From Phaeosaccion multiseriatum (taxonomy: Eukaryota; Protista; Ochrophyta, other classes), in assembly GCA_965112735.1 (NCBI GenBank), contig OZ218951.1:1-64000 (forward strand): DNA of 64,000 nt, written 5' to 3'. Below, in pieces: positions 1-12,900 of this stretch (its first letter is position 1; the number at the start of each line of letters is the position of its first letter). Under the pieces are notes generated by a model. It made no database searches, had not been told where the DNA came from, and worked only from the letters and a program-made list of their open reading frames with translations. The position numbers and the translations under genes are program-made.

Positions 1-180
1 CCTAACCCTGGCCCTAACCCTAGCCCTGGCCCTGGCCTGGCCTGGCCCTGGCCTGGCCTGGCCTGGCCTGGCCCTAACCCTGGCCCTAACCCTAACCCTG
101 GCCTGGCCTGGCCTGGCCCTAACCCTGGCCTAACCCTAACCCTGGCCTGGCCTAACCCTAACCCTGGCCTAACCCTAACC
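1..180 (+). repeat. Telomeric CCCTAA repeats intermixed with CCCTGG/CCTGG variants (left chromosome end)
   Basis: cctaaccctggccctaaccctagccctgg...; C-rich strand on +, the orientation expected at a left chromosome end with TTAGGG telomeres. Confidence 0.85.
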
Positions 181-3100
181 CTGGCCTGGCCTGGCCTGGC
201 CTGGCCTGGCCTGGCCTGGCCTGGCCTGGCCTGGCCTGGCCCTGGCCTGGCCTGGCCTGGCCTGGCCTGGCCTGGCCTGGCCTGGCCTGGCCTGGCCTGG
301 CCTGGCCTGGCCTGGCCTGGCCTGGCCTGGCCTGGCCTGGCCTGGCCTGGCCTGGCCTGGCCTGGCCTGGCCTGGCCTGGCCTGGCCTGGCCTGGCCTGG
401 CCTGGCCTGGCCTGGCCTGGCCTGGCCTGGCCTGGCCTGGCCTGGCCTGGCCTGGCCTGGCCTGGCCTGGCCTGGCCTGGCCTGGCCTGGCCTGGCCTGG
501 CCTGGCCTGGCCTGGCCTGGCCTGGCCTGGCCTGGCCTGGCCTGGCCTGGCCTGGCCTGGCCTGGCCTGGCCTGGCCTGGCCTGGCCTGGCCTGGCCTGG
601 CCTGGCCTGGCCTGGCCTGGCCTGGCCTGGCCTGGCCTGGCCTGGCCTGGCCTGGCCTGGCCTGGCCTGGCCTGGCCTGGCCTGGCCTGGCCTGGCCTGG
701 CCTGGCCTGGCCTGGCCTGGCCTGGCCTGGCCTGGCCTGGCCTGGCCTGGCCTGGCCTGGCCTGGCCTGGCCTGGCCTGGCCTGGCCTGGCCTGGCCTGG
801 CCTGGCCTGGCCTGGCCTGGCCTGGCCTGGCCTGGCCTGGCCTGGCCTGGCCTGGCCTGGCCTGGCCTGGCCTGGCCTGGCCTGGCCTGGCCTGGCCTGG
901 CCTGGCCTGGCCTGGCCTGGCCTGGCCTGGCCTGGCCTGGCCTGGCCTGGCCTGGCCTGGCCTGGCCTGGCCTGGCCTGGCCTGGCCTGGCCTGGCCTGG
1001 CCTGGCCTGGCCTGGCCTGGCCTGGCCTGGCCTGGCCTGGCCTGGCCTGGCCTGGCCTGGCCTGGCCTGGCCTGGCCTGGCCTGGCCTGGCCTGGCCTGG
1101 CCTGGCCTGGCCTGGCCTGGCCTGGCCTGGCCTGGCCTGGCCTGGCCTGGCCTGGCCTGGCCTGGCCTGGCCTGGCCTGGCCTGGCCTGGCCTGGCCTGG
1201 CCTGGCCTGGCCTGGCCTGGCCTGGCCTGGCCTGGCCTGGCCTGGCCTGGCCTGGCCTGGCCTGGCCTGGCCTGGCCTGGCCTGGCCTGGCCTGGCCTGG
1301 CCTGGCCTGGCCTGGCCTGGCCTGGCCTGGCCTGGCCTGGCCTGGCCTGGCCTGGCCTGGCCTGGCCTGGCCTGGCCTGGCCTGGCCTGGCCTGGCCTGG
1401 CCTGGCCTGGCCTGGCCTGGCCTGGCCTGGCCTGGCCTGGCCTGGCCTGGCCTGGCCTGGCCTGGCCTGGCCTGGCCTGGCCTGGCCTGGCCTGGCCTGG
1501 CCTGGCCTGGCCTGGCCTGGCCTGGCCTGGCCTGGCCTGGCCTGGCCTGGCCTGGCCTGGCCTGGCCTGGCCTGGCCTGGCCTGGCCTGGCCTGGCCTGG
1601 CCTGGCCTGGCCTGGCCTGGCCTGGCCTGGCCTGGCCTGGCCTGGCCTGGCCTGGCCTGGCCTGGCCTGGCCTGGCCTGGCCTGGCCTGGCCTGGCCTGG
1701 CCTGGCCTGGCCTGGCCTGGCCTGGCCTGGCCTGGCCTGGCCTGGCCTGGCCTGGCCTGGCCTGGCCTGGCCTGGCCTGGCCTGGCCTGGCCTGGCCTGG
1801 CCTGGCCTGGCCTGGCCTGGCCTGGCCTGGCCTGGCCTGGCCTGGCCTGGCCTGGCCTGGCCTGGCCTGGCCTGGCCTGGCCTGGCCTGGCCTGGCCTGG
1901 CCTGGCCTGGCCTGGCCTGGCCTGGCCTGGCCTGGCCTGGCCTGGCCTGGCCTGGCCTGGCCTGGCCTGGCCTGGCCTGGCCTGGCCTGGCCTGGCCTGG
2001 CCTGGCCTGGCCTGGCCTGGCCTGGCCTGGCCTGGCCTGGCCTGGCCTGGCCTGGCCTGGCCTGGCCTGGCCTGGCCTGGCCTGGCCTGGCCTGGCCTGG
2101 CCTGGCCTGGCCTGGCCTGGCCTGGCCTGGCCTGGCCTGGCCTGGCCTGGCCTGGCCTGGCCTGGCCTGGCCTGGCCTGGCCTGGCCTGGCCTGGCCTGG
2201 CCTGGCCTGGCCTGGCCTGGCCTGGCCTGGCCTGGCCTGGCCTGGCCTGGCCTGGCCTGGCCTGGCCTGGCCTGGCCTGGCCTGGCCTGGCCTGGCCTGG
2301 CCTGGCCTGGCCTGGCCTGGCCTGGCCTGGCCTGGCCTGGCCTGGCCTGGCCTGGCCTGGCCTGGCCTGGCCTGGCCTGGCCTGGCCTGGCCTGGCCTGG
2401 CCTGGCCTGGCCTGGCCTGGCCTGGCCTGGCCTGGCCTGGCCTGGCCTGGCCTGGCCTGGCCTGGCCTGGCCTGGCCTGGCCTGGCCTGGCCTGGCCTGG
2501 CCTGGCCTGGCCTGGCCTGGCCTGGCCTGGCCTGGCCTGGCCTGGCCTGGCCTGGCCTGGCCTGGCCTGGCCTGGCCTGGCCTGGCCTGGCCTGGCCTGG
2601 CCTGGCCTGGCCTGGCCTGGCCTGGCCTGGCCTGGCCTGGCCTGGCCTGGCCTGGCCTGGCCTGGCCTGGCCTGGCCTGGCCTGGCCTGGCCTGGCCTGG
2701 CCTGGCCTGGCCTGGCCTGGCCTGGCCTGGCCTGGCCTGGCCTGGCCTGGCCTGGCCTGGCCTGGCCTGGCCTGGCCTGGCCTGGCCTGGCCTGGCCTGG
2801 CCTGGCCTGGCCTGGCCTGGCCTGGCCTGGCCTGGCCTGGCCTGGCCTGGCCTGGCCTGGCCTGGCCTGGCCTGGCCTGGCCTGGCCTGGCCTGGCCTGG
2901 CCTGGCCTGGCCTGGCCTGGCCTGGCCTGGCCTGGCCTGGCCTGGCCTGGCCTGGCCTGGCCTGGCCTGGCCTGGCCTGGCCTGGCCTGGCCTGGCCTGG
3001 CCTGGCCTGGCCTGGCCTGGCCTGGCCTGGCCTGGCCTGGCCTGGCCTGGCCTGGCCTGGCCTGGCCTGGCCTGGCCTGGCCTGGCCTGGCCTGGCCTGG

Positions 3101-4287
3101 CCTGGCCTGGCCTGGCCTGGCCTGGCCTGGCCTGGCCTGGCCTGGCCTGGCCTGGCCTGGCCTGGCCTGGCCTGGCCTGGCCTGGCCTGGCCTGGCCTGG
3201 CCTGGCCTGGCCTGGCCTGGCCTGGCCTGGCCTGGCCTGGCCTGGCCTGGCCTGGCCTGGCCTGGCCTGGCCTGGCCTGGCCTGGCCTGGCCTGGCCTGG
3301 CCTGGCCTGGCCTGGCCTGGCCTGGCCTGGCCTGGCCTGGCCTGGCCTGGCCTGGCCTGGCCTGGCCTGGCCTGGCCTGGCCTGGCCTGGCCTGGCCTGG
3401 CCTGGCCTGGCCTGGCCTGGCCTGGCCTGGCCTGGCCTGGCCTGGCCTGGCCTGGCCTGGCCTGGCCTGGCCTGGCCTGGCCTGGCCTGGCCTGGCCTGG
3501 CCTGGCCTGGCCTGGCCTGGCCTGGCCTGGCCTGGCCTGGCCTGGCCTGGCCTGGCCTGGCCTGGCCTGGCCTGGCCTGGCCTGGCCTGGCCTGGCCTGG
3601 CCTGGCCTGGCCTGGCCTGGCCTGGCCTGGCCTGGCCTGGCCTGGCCTGGCCTGGCCTGGCCTGGCCTGGCCTGGCCTGGCCTGGCCTGGCCTGGCCTGG
3701 CCTGGCCTGGCCTGGCCTGGCCTGGCCTGGCCTGGCCTGGCCTGGCCTGGCCTGGCCTGGCCTGGCCTGGCCTGGCCTGGCCTGGCCTGGCCTGGCCTGG
3801 CCTGGCCTGGCCTGGCCTGGCCTGGCCTGGCCTGGCCTGGCCTGGCCTGGCCTGGCCTGGCCTGGCCTGGCCTGGCCTGGCCTGGCCTGGCCTGGCCTGG
3901 CCTGGCCTGGCCTGGCCTGGCCTGGCCTGGCCTGGCCTGGCCTGGCCTGGCCTGGCCTGGCCTGGCCTGGCCTGGCCTGGCCTGGCCTGGCCTGGCCTGG
4001 CCTGGCCTGGCCTGGCCTGGCCTGGCCTGGCCTGGCCTGGCCCTGGCCTGGCCTGGCCTGGCCTGGCCTGGCCTGGCCTGGCCTGGCCTGGCCTGGCCTG
4101 GCCTGGCCTGGCCTGGCCTGGCCTGGCCTGGCCTGGCCTGGCCTGGCCTGGCCTGGCCTGGCCTGGCCTGGCCTGGCCTGGCCTGGCCTGGCCTGGCCTG
4201 GCCTGGCCTGGCCTGGCCTGGCCTGGCCTGGCCTGGCCTGGCCTGGCCTGGCCTGGCCTGGCCTGGCCTGGCCTGGCCTGGCCTGGC
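180..4287. repeat. (CCTGG)n pentamer tract, ~4.1 kb, possibly miscalled telomere
   Basis: Near-perfect cctgg tandem with only rare single-C insertions; flanked on both sides by CCCTAA units. Confidence 0.95.
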
Positions 4288-4352
4288 CTAAACCCTAACC
4301 CTGGCCTGGCCTGGCCTGGCCTGGCCTACCCTAACCCTAACCCTAACCCTAA
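4288..4352 (+). repeat. Proximal telomeric CCCTAA units at the telomere/satellite junction
   Basis: Four CCCTAA units at 4329-4352 run directly into GGCCTCGGAC of the satellite. Confidence 0.9.
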
Positions 4353-7300
4353 GGCCTCGGACAAAGTGGTTCTCCACTGGTTCTCGAGTCCTGAGACCTT
4401 GGACGAAGTGGTTCTCCACTGGTTCTCGAGTCCTGAGGCCTCAGAAGAAGTGGTTCTCAAGTGGTTCTCGAGTCCTGAGGCCGCGGACGAAGTGGTTCTC
4501 CACTGGTTCTCGAGTCCTAAGGCCTCGGACAAAGTGGTTCTCCACTGGTTCTCGAGTCCTGAGACCTTGGACGAAGTGGTTCTCCACTGGTTCTCGAGTC
4601 CTGAGGCCGCGGACGAAGTGGTTCTCCACTGGTTCTCGAGTCCTGAGGCCGCGGACGAAGTGGTTCTCCACTGGTTCTCGAGTCATGAGGCCTCGAACGA
4701 AGTGGTTCTCAAGTGGTTCTCGAGTCCTGAGGCCTCGGACGAAGTGGTTCTCCACTGGTTCTCGAGTCCTGAGGCCTCGGACGAAGTGGTTCTCAAGTGG
4801 TTTTCGAGTCCTGAGGCCTCAGAAGAAGTGGTTCTCAAGTGGTTCTCGAGTCCTAAGGCCGCAGACGAAGTGGTTCTCCACTGGTTCTCGAGTCCTGAGG
4901 CCTCGAACGAAGTGGTTCTCAAGTGGTTCTCGAGTCCTGAGGCCGCGGACGAAGTGGTTCTCCACTGGTTCTCGAGTCCTGAGGCCTCGGACGAAGTGGT
5001 TCTCCACTGGTTCTCGAGTCCTGAGACCTCGGACGAAGTGGTTCTCCACTGGTTCTCGAGTCCTGAGGCCGCGGACGAAGTGGTTCTCCACTGGTTCTCG
5101 AGTCCTGAGGCCGCGGACGAAGTGGTTCTCCACTGGTTCTCGAGTCATGAGGCCTCGAACGAAGTGGTTCTCAAGTGGTTCTCGAGTCCTGAGGCCTCGG
5201 ACGAAGTGGTTCTCCACTGGTTCTCGAGTCCCGAGGGCTTGGACGAAGTGGTTCTCCACTGGTTCTCGAGTCCTGAGGCCTCGGACGAAGTGGTTCTCCA
5301 CTGGTTCTCGAGTCCTGAGGCCGCGGACGAAGTGGTTCTCCACTGGTTCTGGAGTCCTGAGGCCTCGGACGAAGTGTTTCTAAAGTGGTTCTCGAGTCAT
5401 GAGGCCTCGGACGAAGTGGTTCTCCACTGGTTCTCGAGTCCTGAGGCCGCGGACGAAGTGGTTCTCCACTGGTTCTCGAGTCATGAGGCCTCGAACGAAG
5501 TGGTTCTCAAGTGGTTCTCGAGTCCTGAGGCCGCGGACGAAGTGGTTCTCCACTGGTTCTCGAGTCCTGAGGCCTCGGACGAAGTGGTTCTCCACTGGTT
5601 CTCGAGTCCTGAGGCCGCGGACGAAGTGATTCTCCACTGGTTCTCGAGTCCTGAGGCCGCGGACGAAGTGGTTCTCAAGTGGTTCTCGAGTCCTCAGGCC
5701 TAGGACGAAGTGGTTCTCCACTGGTTCTTGAGTCCTGAGGCCTCGGAAGAAGTGGTTCTCCACTGGTTCTCGAGTCCTAAGGCCTCGGACAAAGTGGTTC
5801 TCCACTGGTTCTCGAGTCCTGAGGCCTCGGACGAAGTGGTTCTCCACTGGTTCTCGAGTCCCGAGGGCTTGGACGAAGTGGTTCTCCACTGGTTCTCGAG
5901 TCCTGAGGCCTCGGACGAAGTGGTTCTCCACTGGTTCTCGAGTCCTGAGGCCGCGGACGAAGTGGTTCTCCACTGGTTCTGGAGTCCTGAGGCCTCGGAC
6001 GAAGTGTTTCTAAAGTGGTTCTCGAGTCATGAGGCCTCGGACGAAGTGGTTCTCCACTGGTTCTCGAGTCCTGAGGCCGCGGACGAAGTGGTTCTCCACT
6101 GGTTCTCGAGTCATGAGGCCTCGAACGAAGTGGTTCTCAAGTGGTTCTCGAGTCCTGAGGCCGCGGACGAAGTGGTTCTCCACTGGTTCTCGAGTCCTGA
6201 GGCCTCGGACGAAGTGGTTCTCCACTGGTTCTCGAGTCCTGAGGCCTCGGACGAAGTGGTTCTCCACTGGTTCTCGAGTCCTGAGGCCTCGGACGAAGTG
6301 GTTCTCCACTGGTTCTCGAGTCCTGAGGCCTCAGAAGAAGTGGTTCTCAAGTGGTTCTCGAGTCCTAAGGCCGCAGACGAAGTGGTTCTCCACTGGTTCT
6401 CGAGTCCTGAGGCCTCGAACGAAGTGGTTCTCCACTGGTTCTCGAGTCCTGAGGCCTCGGACGAAGTGGTTCTCCGCTGGTTCTCGAGTCCGAAGGCCTC
6501 GGACGAAGTGGTTCTCCACTGGTTCTCGAGTCCTAAGGCCTCGGACGAAGTGGTTCTCCACTGGTTCTCGAGTCCTGAGGCCTCGGACGAAGTGGTTCTC
6601 CACTGGTTCTCGAGTCCTGAGGCCTCGGACGAAGTGGTTCTCCACTGGTTCTCGAGTCCTAAGGCCTCGGACGAAGTGGTTCTCCACTGGTTCTCGAGTC
6701 CTGAGGCCTCGGACGAAGTGGTTCTCAAGTGGTTCTCGAGTCCTGAGGCCTCGGACGAAGTGGTTCTCCACTGGTTCTCGACTCCTGAGGCCGCAGACGA
6801 AGTGGTTCTCCACTGGTTCTCGAGTCCTGAGGCCTCGAAGGAAGTGGTTCTCCACTGGTTCTCGACTCCTGAGGCCTCGGACGAAGTGGTTCTCCACTCG
6901 TTCTCGACTCCTGAGGCCTCGGACGAAGTGGTTCTCCACTGGTTCTCGAGTCCTGAGGCCGCAGCCGAAGTGGTTCTCCACTGGTTCTCGAGTCCTGAGG
7001 CCTCGGACGAAGTGGTTCTCCACTGGTTCTCGAGTCCTGAGGCCTCGGACGAAGTGGTTCTCCGCTGGTTCTCGAGTCCTAAGGCCTCGGACGAAGTGGT
7101 TCTCAAGTGGTTCTCGAGTCCTGAGGCCTTGGACGATGTGGTTTTCCACTGGTTCTCGAGTCCTGAAGCCTCGGACGAAGTGGTTCTCCACTGGTTCTCG
7201 AGTCCTAAGGCCTCGGACGAAGTGGTTCTCCACTGGTTCTCGAGTCCTGAGGCCTCGGACGAAGTGGTTCTCAAGTGGTTCTCGAGTCCTGAGGCCTCGG

Positions 7301-9605
7301 ACGAAGTGGTTCTCCACTGGTTCTCGACTCCTGAGGCCGCAGACGAAGTGGTTCTCCACTGGTTCTCGAGTCATGAGGCCTCGAACGAAGTGGTTCTCCA
7401 CTGGTTCTCGACTCCTGAGGCCTCGGACGAAGTGGTTCTCCACTGGTTCTCGACTCCTGAGGCCTCGGACGAAGTGGTTCTCCACTGGTTCTCGAGTCCT
7501 GAGGCCGCAGACGAAGTGGTTCTCCACTGGTTCTCGAGTCCTAAGGCCTCGAACGAAGTGGTTCTCCACTGGTTCTCGAGTCCTGAGGCCTCGGACGAAG
7601 TGGTTCTCCGCTGGTTCTCGAGTCCTAAGGCCTCGGACGAAGTGGTTCTCCACTGGTTCTCGAGTCCTAAGGCCTCGGACGAAGTGGTTCTCCACTGGTT
7701 CTCGACTCCTGAGGCCTCGGACGAAGTGGTTCTCCACTGGTTCTCGAGTCCTGAGGCCTCGAACGAAGTGGTTCTCCACTGGTTCTCGACTCCTGAGGCC
7801 TCGGACGAAGTGGTTCTCAAGTGGTTCTCGAGTCCTGAGGCCTTGGACGAAGTGGTTCTCCACTGGTTCTCGAGTCCTGAGGCCTCGGACGAAGTGGTTC
7901 TCCACTGGTTCTCGAGTCCTGAGGCCTCGGACGAAGTGGTTCTCCACTGGTTCTCGACTCCTGAGGCCGCAGACGAAGTGGTTCTCCACTGGTTCTCGAG
8001 TCCTGAGGCCTCGAAGGAAGTGGTTCTCCACTGGTTCTCGACTCCTGAGGCCTCGGACGAAGTGGTTCTCCACTGGTTCTCGACTCCTGAGGCCTCGGAC
8101 GAAGTGGTTCTCCACTGGTTCTCGAGTCCTGAGGCCGCAGACGAAGTGGTTCTCCACTGGTTCTCGAGTCCTGAGGCCTCGAACGAAGTGGTTCTCCACT
8201 GGTTCTCGAGTCCTGAGGCCTCGGACGAAGTGGTTCTCCGCTGGTTCTCGAGTCCTAAGGCCTCGGACGAAGTGGTTCTCCACTGGTTCTCGAGTCCTGA
8301 AGCCTCGGACGAAGTGGTTCTCCACTGGTTCACGAGTCCTAAGGCCTCGGACGAAGTGGTTCTCCACTGGTTCTCGAGTCCTGAGGCCTCGGACGAAGTG
8401 GTTCTCAAGTGGTTCTCGAGTCCTGAGGCCTCGGACGAAGTGGTTCTCCACTGGTTCTCGACTCCTGAGGCCGCAGACGAAGTGGTTCTCCACTGGTTCT
8501 CGAGTCCTGAGGCCTCGAAGGAAGTGGTTCTCCACTGGTTCTCGACTCCTGAGGCCTCGGACGAAGTGGTTCTCCACTGGTTCTCGAGTCCTGAGGGGAG
8601 TCCTAAGGCCTCGGACGAAGTGGTTCTCCACTGGTTCTCGAGTCCTGAGGCCTCGGACGAAGTGGTTCTCCACTGGTTCTCGAGTCCTGAGGGGAGTCCT
8701 AAGGCCTCGGACGAAGTGGTTCTCCACTGGTTCTCGAGTCCTGAGGCCTCGGACGAAGTGGTTCTCCACTGGTTCTCGAGTCCTGAGGCCTCGGACGAAG
8801 TGGTTCTCCACTGGTTCTCGAGTCCTGAGGCCTCGGACGAAGTGGTTCTCCGCTGGTTCTCGAGTCCTAAGGCCTCGGACGAAGTGGTTCTCAAGTGGTT
8901 CTCGAGTCCTGAGGCCTTGGACGATGTGGTTCTCCACTGGTTCTCGAGTCCTGAGGCCGCGGACGAAGTGGTTCTCAAGTGGTTCTCGAGTCCTCAGGCC
9001 TCGGACGAAGTGGTTCTCCACTGGTTCTCGAGTCCTGAGGCCTCGGACGAAGTGGTTCTCCACTGGTTCTCGAGTCCTGAGGCCTCGGACGAAGTGGTTC
9101 TCCACTGGTTCTCGAGTCCTGAAGCCTCGGACGAAGTGGTTCTCCACTGGTTCTCGAGTCCTAAGGCCTCGGACGAAGTGGTTCTCCACTGGTTCTCGAG
9201 TCCTGAGGCCTCGGACGAAGTGGTTCTCCACTGGTTCTCGAGTCCTGAGGCCTCGGACGAAGTGGTTCTCAAGTGGTTCTCGAGTCCTGAGGCCTCGGAC
9301 GAAGTGGTTCTCCACTGGTTCTCGACTCCTGAGGCCGCAGACGAAGTGGTTCTCCACTGGTTCTCGAGTCCTGAGGCCTCGAAGGAAGTGGTTCTCCACT
9401 GGTTCTCGACTCCTGAGGCCTCGGACGAAGTGGTTCTCCACTGGTTCTCGACTCCTGAGGCCTCGGACGAAGTGGTTCTCCACTGGTTCTCGAGTCCTGA
9501 GGCCGCAGACGAAGTGGTTCTCCACTGGTTCTCGAGTCCTGAGGCCTCGAACATAGTGGTTCTCCACTGGTTCTCGAGTCCTGAGGCCTCGGACGAAGTG
9601 GTTCT
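4348..9605. repeat. 42-bp subtelomeric satellite, distal block (~125 copies)
   Basis: Consensus GTCCTGAGGCCTCGGACGAAGTGGTTCTCCACTGGTTCTCGA with point variants; explains the 14-aa repeat ORFs. Confidence 0.97.
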
Positions 9606-9911
9606 TGTAAGAAGGCTTCCTTTTGCTAGGCTGGCAGCTATCCACTGAATATTCACGGGGGTAGCTGCCAGCCTAGCAAAAGGAAGCCTTCTTACATGCC
9701 TGTCAGTTAAGGTCGATCCTTCCCCCCCCTCCGAAAACTCCTCCGAAAACCTTGGGGGGCTAACTACCTAGGATTTCTCCCACACCGAGCCCGTTACCTC
9801 GAATTTCAGTGTCATGCCCAACTTTCGCCCTCGGAAATTTTCTCACCATCCTCAAAATCGAACCCCGTCTGGGCATGTAAGAAGGCTTCCTTTTGCTTAG
9901 GGTTAGGGTTA
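9606..9911. mobile_element. 306-bp non-coding fold-back insert with TTAGGG tail, flanked by GTTCT direct repeats
   Basis: 35-bp inverted arms at 9606-9640 and 9662-9696; 26-bp inverted pair at 9675-9700 and 9872-9897; TTAGGGTTAGGGTTA at 9897-9911; GTTCT at 9601-9605 and 9912-9916. Structure is seen directly; mobility is inferred. Confidence 0.55.
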
Positions 9912-12900
9912 GTTCTCCACTGGTTCTCGAGTCCTGAGGCCTCGGACGAAGTGGTTCTCCACTGGTTCTCGAGTCCTGAGGCCTCGGACGAAGTGGTTCT
10001 CCACTGGTTCTCGAGTCCTGAGGCCTCGGACGAAGTGGTTCTCAAGTGGTTCTCGAGTCCTGAGGCCTCGGACGAAGTGGTTCTCCACTGGTTCTCGACT
10101 CCTAAGGCCTCGGACGAAGTGGTTCTCCACTGGTTCTCGAGTCCTGAGGCCTCGGACGAAGTGGTTCTCAAGTGGTTCTCGAGTCCTGAGGCCTCGGACG
10201 AAGTGGTTCTCAAGTTGTTCTCGAGTCCTGAGGCCTCGGACGAAGTGGTTCTCCACTGGTTCTCGAGTCCTGAGGCCTCGGACGAAGTGGTTCTCCACTG
10301 GTTCTCGAGTCCTAAGGCCTCGGACGAAGTGGTTCTCCACTGGTTCTCGAGTCCTGAGGCCTCGGACGAAGTGGTTCTCCACTGGTTCTCGAGTCCTCAG
10401 GCCTCGGACGAAGTGGTTCTCCACTGGTTCTCGAGTCCTGAGGCCTCGGACGAAGTGGTTCTCCACTGGTTCTCGAGTCCTAAGGCCTCGGACGAACTGG
10501 TTCTCCACTGGTTCCCGAGTCCTGAGGCCTCGGACGAAGTGGTTCTCCACTGGTTCTCGAGTCCTGAGGCCTCGGACGAAGTGGTTCTCCACTGGTTCTC
10601 GAGTCCTGAGGCCTCGGACGAAGTGGTTCTCCACTGGTTCTCGAGTCCTGAGGCCTCGGACGAAGTGGTTCTCCACTGGTTCTCGAGTCCTGAGGCCTCG
10701 GACGAAGTGGTTCTCAAGTGGTTCTCGAGTCCTGAGGCCTCGGACGAAGTGGTTCTCCACTGGTTCTCGACTCCTGAGGCCGCAGACGAAGTGGTTCTCC
10801 ACTGGTTCTCGAGTCCTGAGGCCTCGAAGGAAGTGGTTCTCCACTGGTTCTCGACTCCTGAGGCCTCGGACGAAGTGGTTCTCCACTGGTTCTCGACTCC
10901 TGAGGCCGCGGACGAAGTGGTTCTCAAGTGGTTCTCGAGTCCTGAGGCCTCGGACGAAGTGGTTCTCCACTGGTTCTCGAGTCCTGAGGCCTCGGACGAA
11001 GTGGTTCTCCACTGGTTCTCGAGTCCTAAGGCCTCGGACGAAGTGGTTCTCCACTGGTTCTCGAGTCCTGAGGCCTCGGACGAAGTGGTTCTCCACTGGT
11101 TCTCGAGTCCTCAGGCCTCGGACGAAGTGGTTCTCCACTGGTTCTCGAGTCCTGAGGCCTCGGACGAAGTGGTTCTCCACTGGTTCTCGAGTCCTAAGGC
11201 CTCGGACGAACTGGTTCTCCACTGGTTCCCGAGTCCTGAGGCCTCGGACGAAGTGGTTCTCCACTGGTTCTCGAGTCCTGAGGCCTCGGACGAAGTGGTT
11301 CTCCACTGGTTCTCGAGTCCTGAGGCCTCGGACGAAGTGGTTCTCCACTGGTTCTCGAGTCCTGAGGCCTCGGACGAAGTGGTTCTCCACTGGTTCTCGA
11401 GTCCTGAGGCCTCGGACGAAGTGGTTCTCCACTGGTTCTCGAGTCCTGAGGCCTCGGACGAAGTGGTTCTCCGCTGGTTCTCGAGTCCTAAGGCCTCGGA
11501 CGCAGTGGTTCTCCACTGGTTCTCGAGTCCTAAGGCCTCGGACGAAGTGGTTCTCCACTGGTTCTCGAGTCCTGAGGCCTCGGACGAAGTGGTTCTCCAC
11601 TGGTTCTCGACTCCTGAGGCCTCGGACGAAGTGGTTCTCAAGTGGTTCTCGAGTCCTGAGGCCTTGGACGAAGTGGTTCTCCACTGGTTCTCGAGTCCTG
11701 AGGCCTCGGACGAAGTGGTTCTCCACTGGTTCTCGAGTCCTGAGGCCTCGGACGAAGTGGTTCTCCACTGGTTCTCGAGTCCTGAGGCCTCGGACGAAGT
11801 GGTTCTCCACTGGTTCTCGAGTCCTGAGGCCTCGGACGAAGTGGTTCTCAAGTGGTTCTCGAGTCCTGAGGCCTCGGACGAAGTGGTTCCCCACTGGTTC
11901 TCGAGTCCTGAGGCCGCGGACGAAGTGGTTCTCCACTGGTTCTCGAGTCCTGAGGCCTCGGACGAAGTGGTTCTCAAGTGGTTCTCGAGTCCTGAGGCCT
12001 CGGACGAAGTGGTTCTCAAGTGGTTCTCGAGTCCTGAGGCCTCGGACGAAGTGGTTCCCCACTGGTTCTCGAGTCCTAAGGCCTCGGACGAATTGCTTCT
12101 CAAGTGGTTCTCGAGTCCTCAGGCCTCGGACGAAGTGGTTCTCCACTGGTTCTCGAGTCCTGAGGCCTCGGACGAAGTGGTTCTCCACTGGTTCTCGAGT
12201 CCTGAGGCCTCGGACGAAGTGGTTCTCCACTGGTTCTCGAGTCCTGAGGGGAGTCCTAAGGCCTCGGACGAAGTGGTTCTCCACTGGTTCTCGAGTCCTG
12301 AGGCCTCGGACGAAGTGGTTCTCCACTGGTTCTCGAGTCCTGAGGGGAGTCCTAAGGCCTCGGACGAAGTGGTTCTCCACTGGTTCTCGAGTCCTGAGGC
12401 CTCGGACGAAGTGGTTCTCCACTGGTTCTCGAGTCCTGAGGCCTCGGACGAAGTGGTTCTCCACTGGTTCTCGAGTCCTGAGGCCTCGGACGAAGTGGTT
12501 CTCCACTGGTTCTCGAGTCCTGAGGCCTCGGACGAAGTGGTTCTCCACTGGTTCTCGAGTCCTAAGGCCTCGGACGCAGTGGTTCTCCACTGGTTCTCGA
12601 GTCCTAAGGCCTCGGACGAAGTGGTTCTCCACTGGTTCTCGAGTCCTGAGGCCTCGGACGAAGTGGTTCTCCACTGGTTCTCGACTCCTGAGGCCTCGGA
12701 CGAAGTGGTTCTCAAGTGGTTCTCGAGTCCTGAGGCCTTGGACGAAGTGGTTCTCCACTGGTTCTCGAGTCCTGAGGCCTCAGAAGAAGTGGTTCTCAAG
12801 TGGTTCTCGAGTCCTGAGGCCGCGGACGAAGTGGTTCTCAACTGGTTCTCGAGTCCTGAGGCCTCGGACGAAGTGGTTCTCCACTGGTTCTCGACTCCTG

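Noticed and set aside
9606-9911. Telomerase RNA fragment or hammerhead ribozyme in the insert
   Set aside because: I found no internal CTAACCCT template apart from the tail itself, and no CTGAnGA...GAAA core on either strand.
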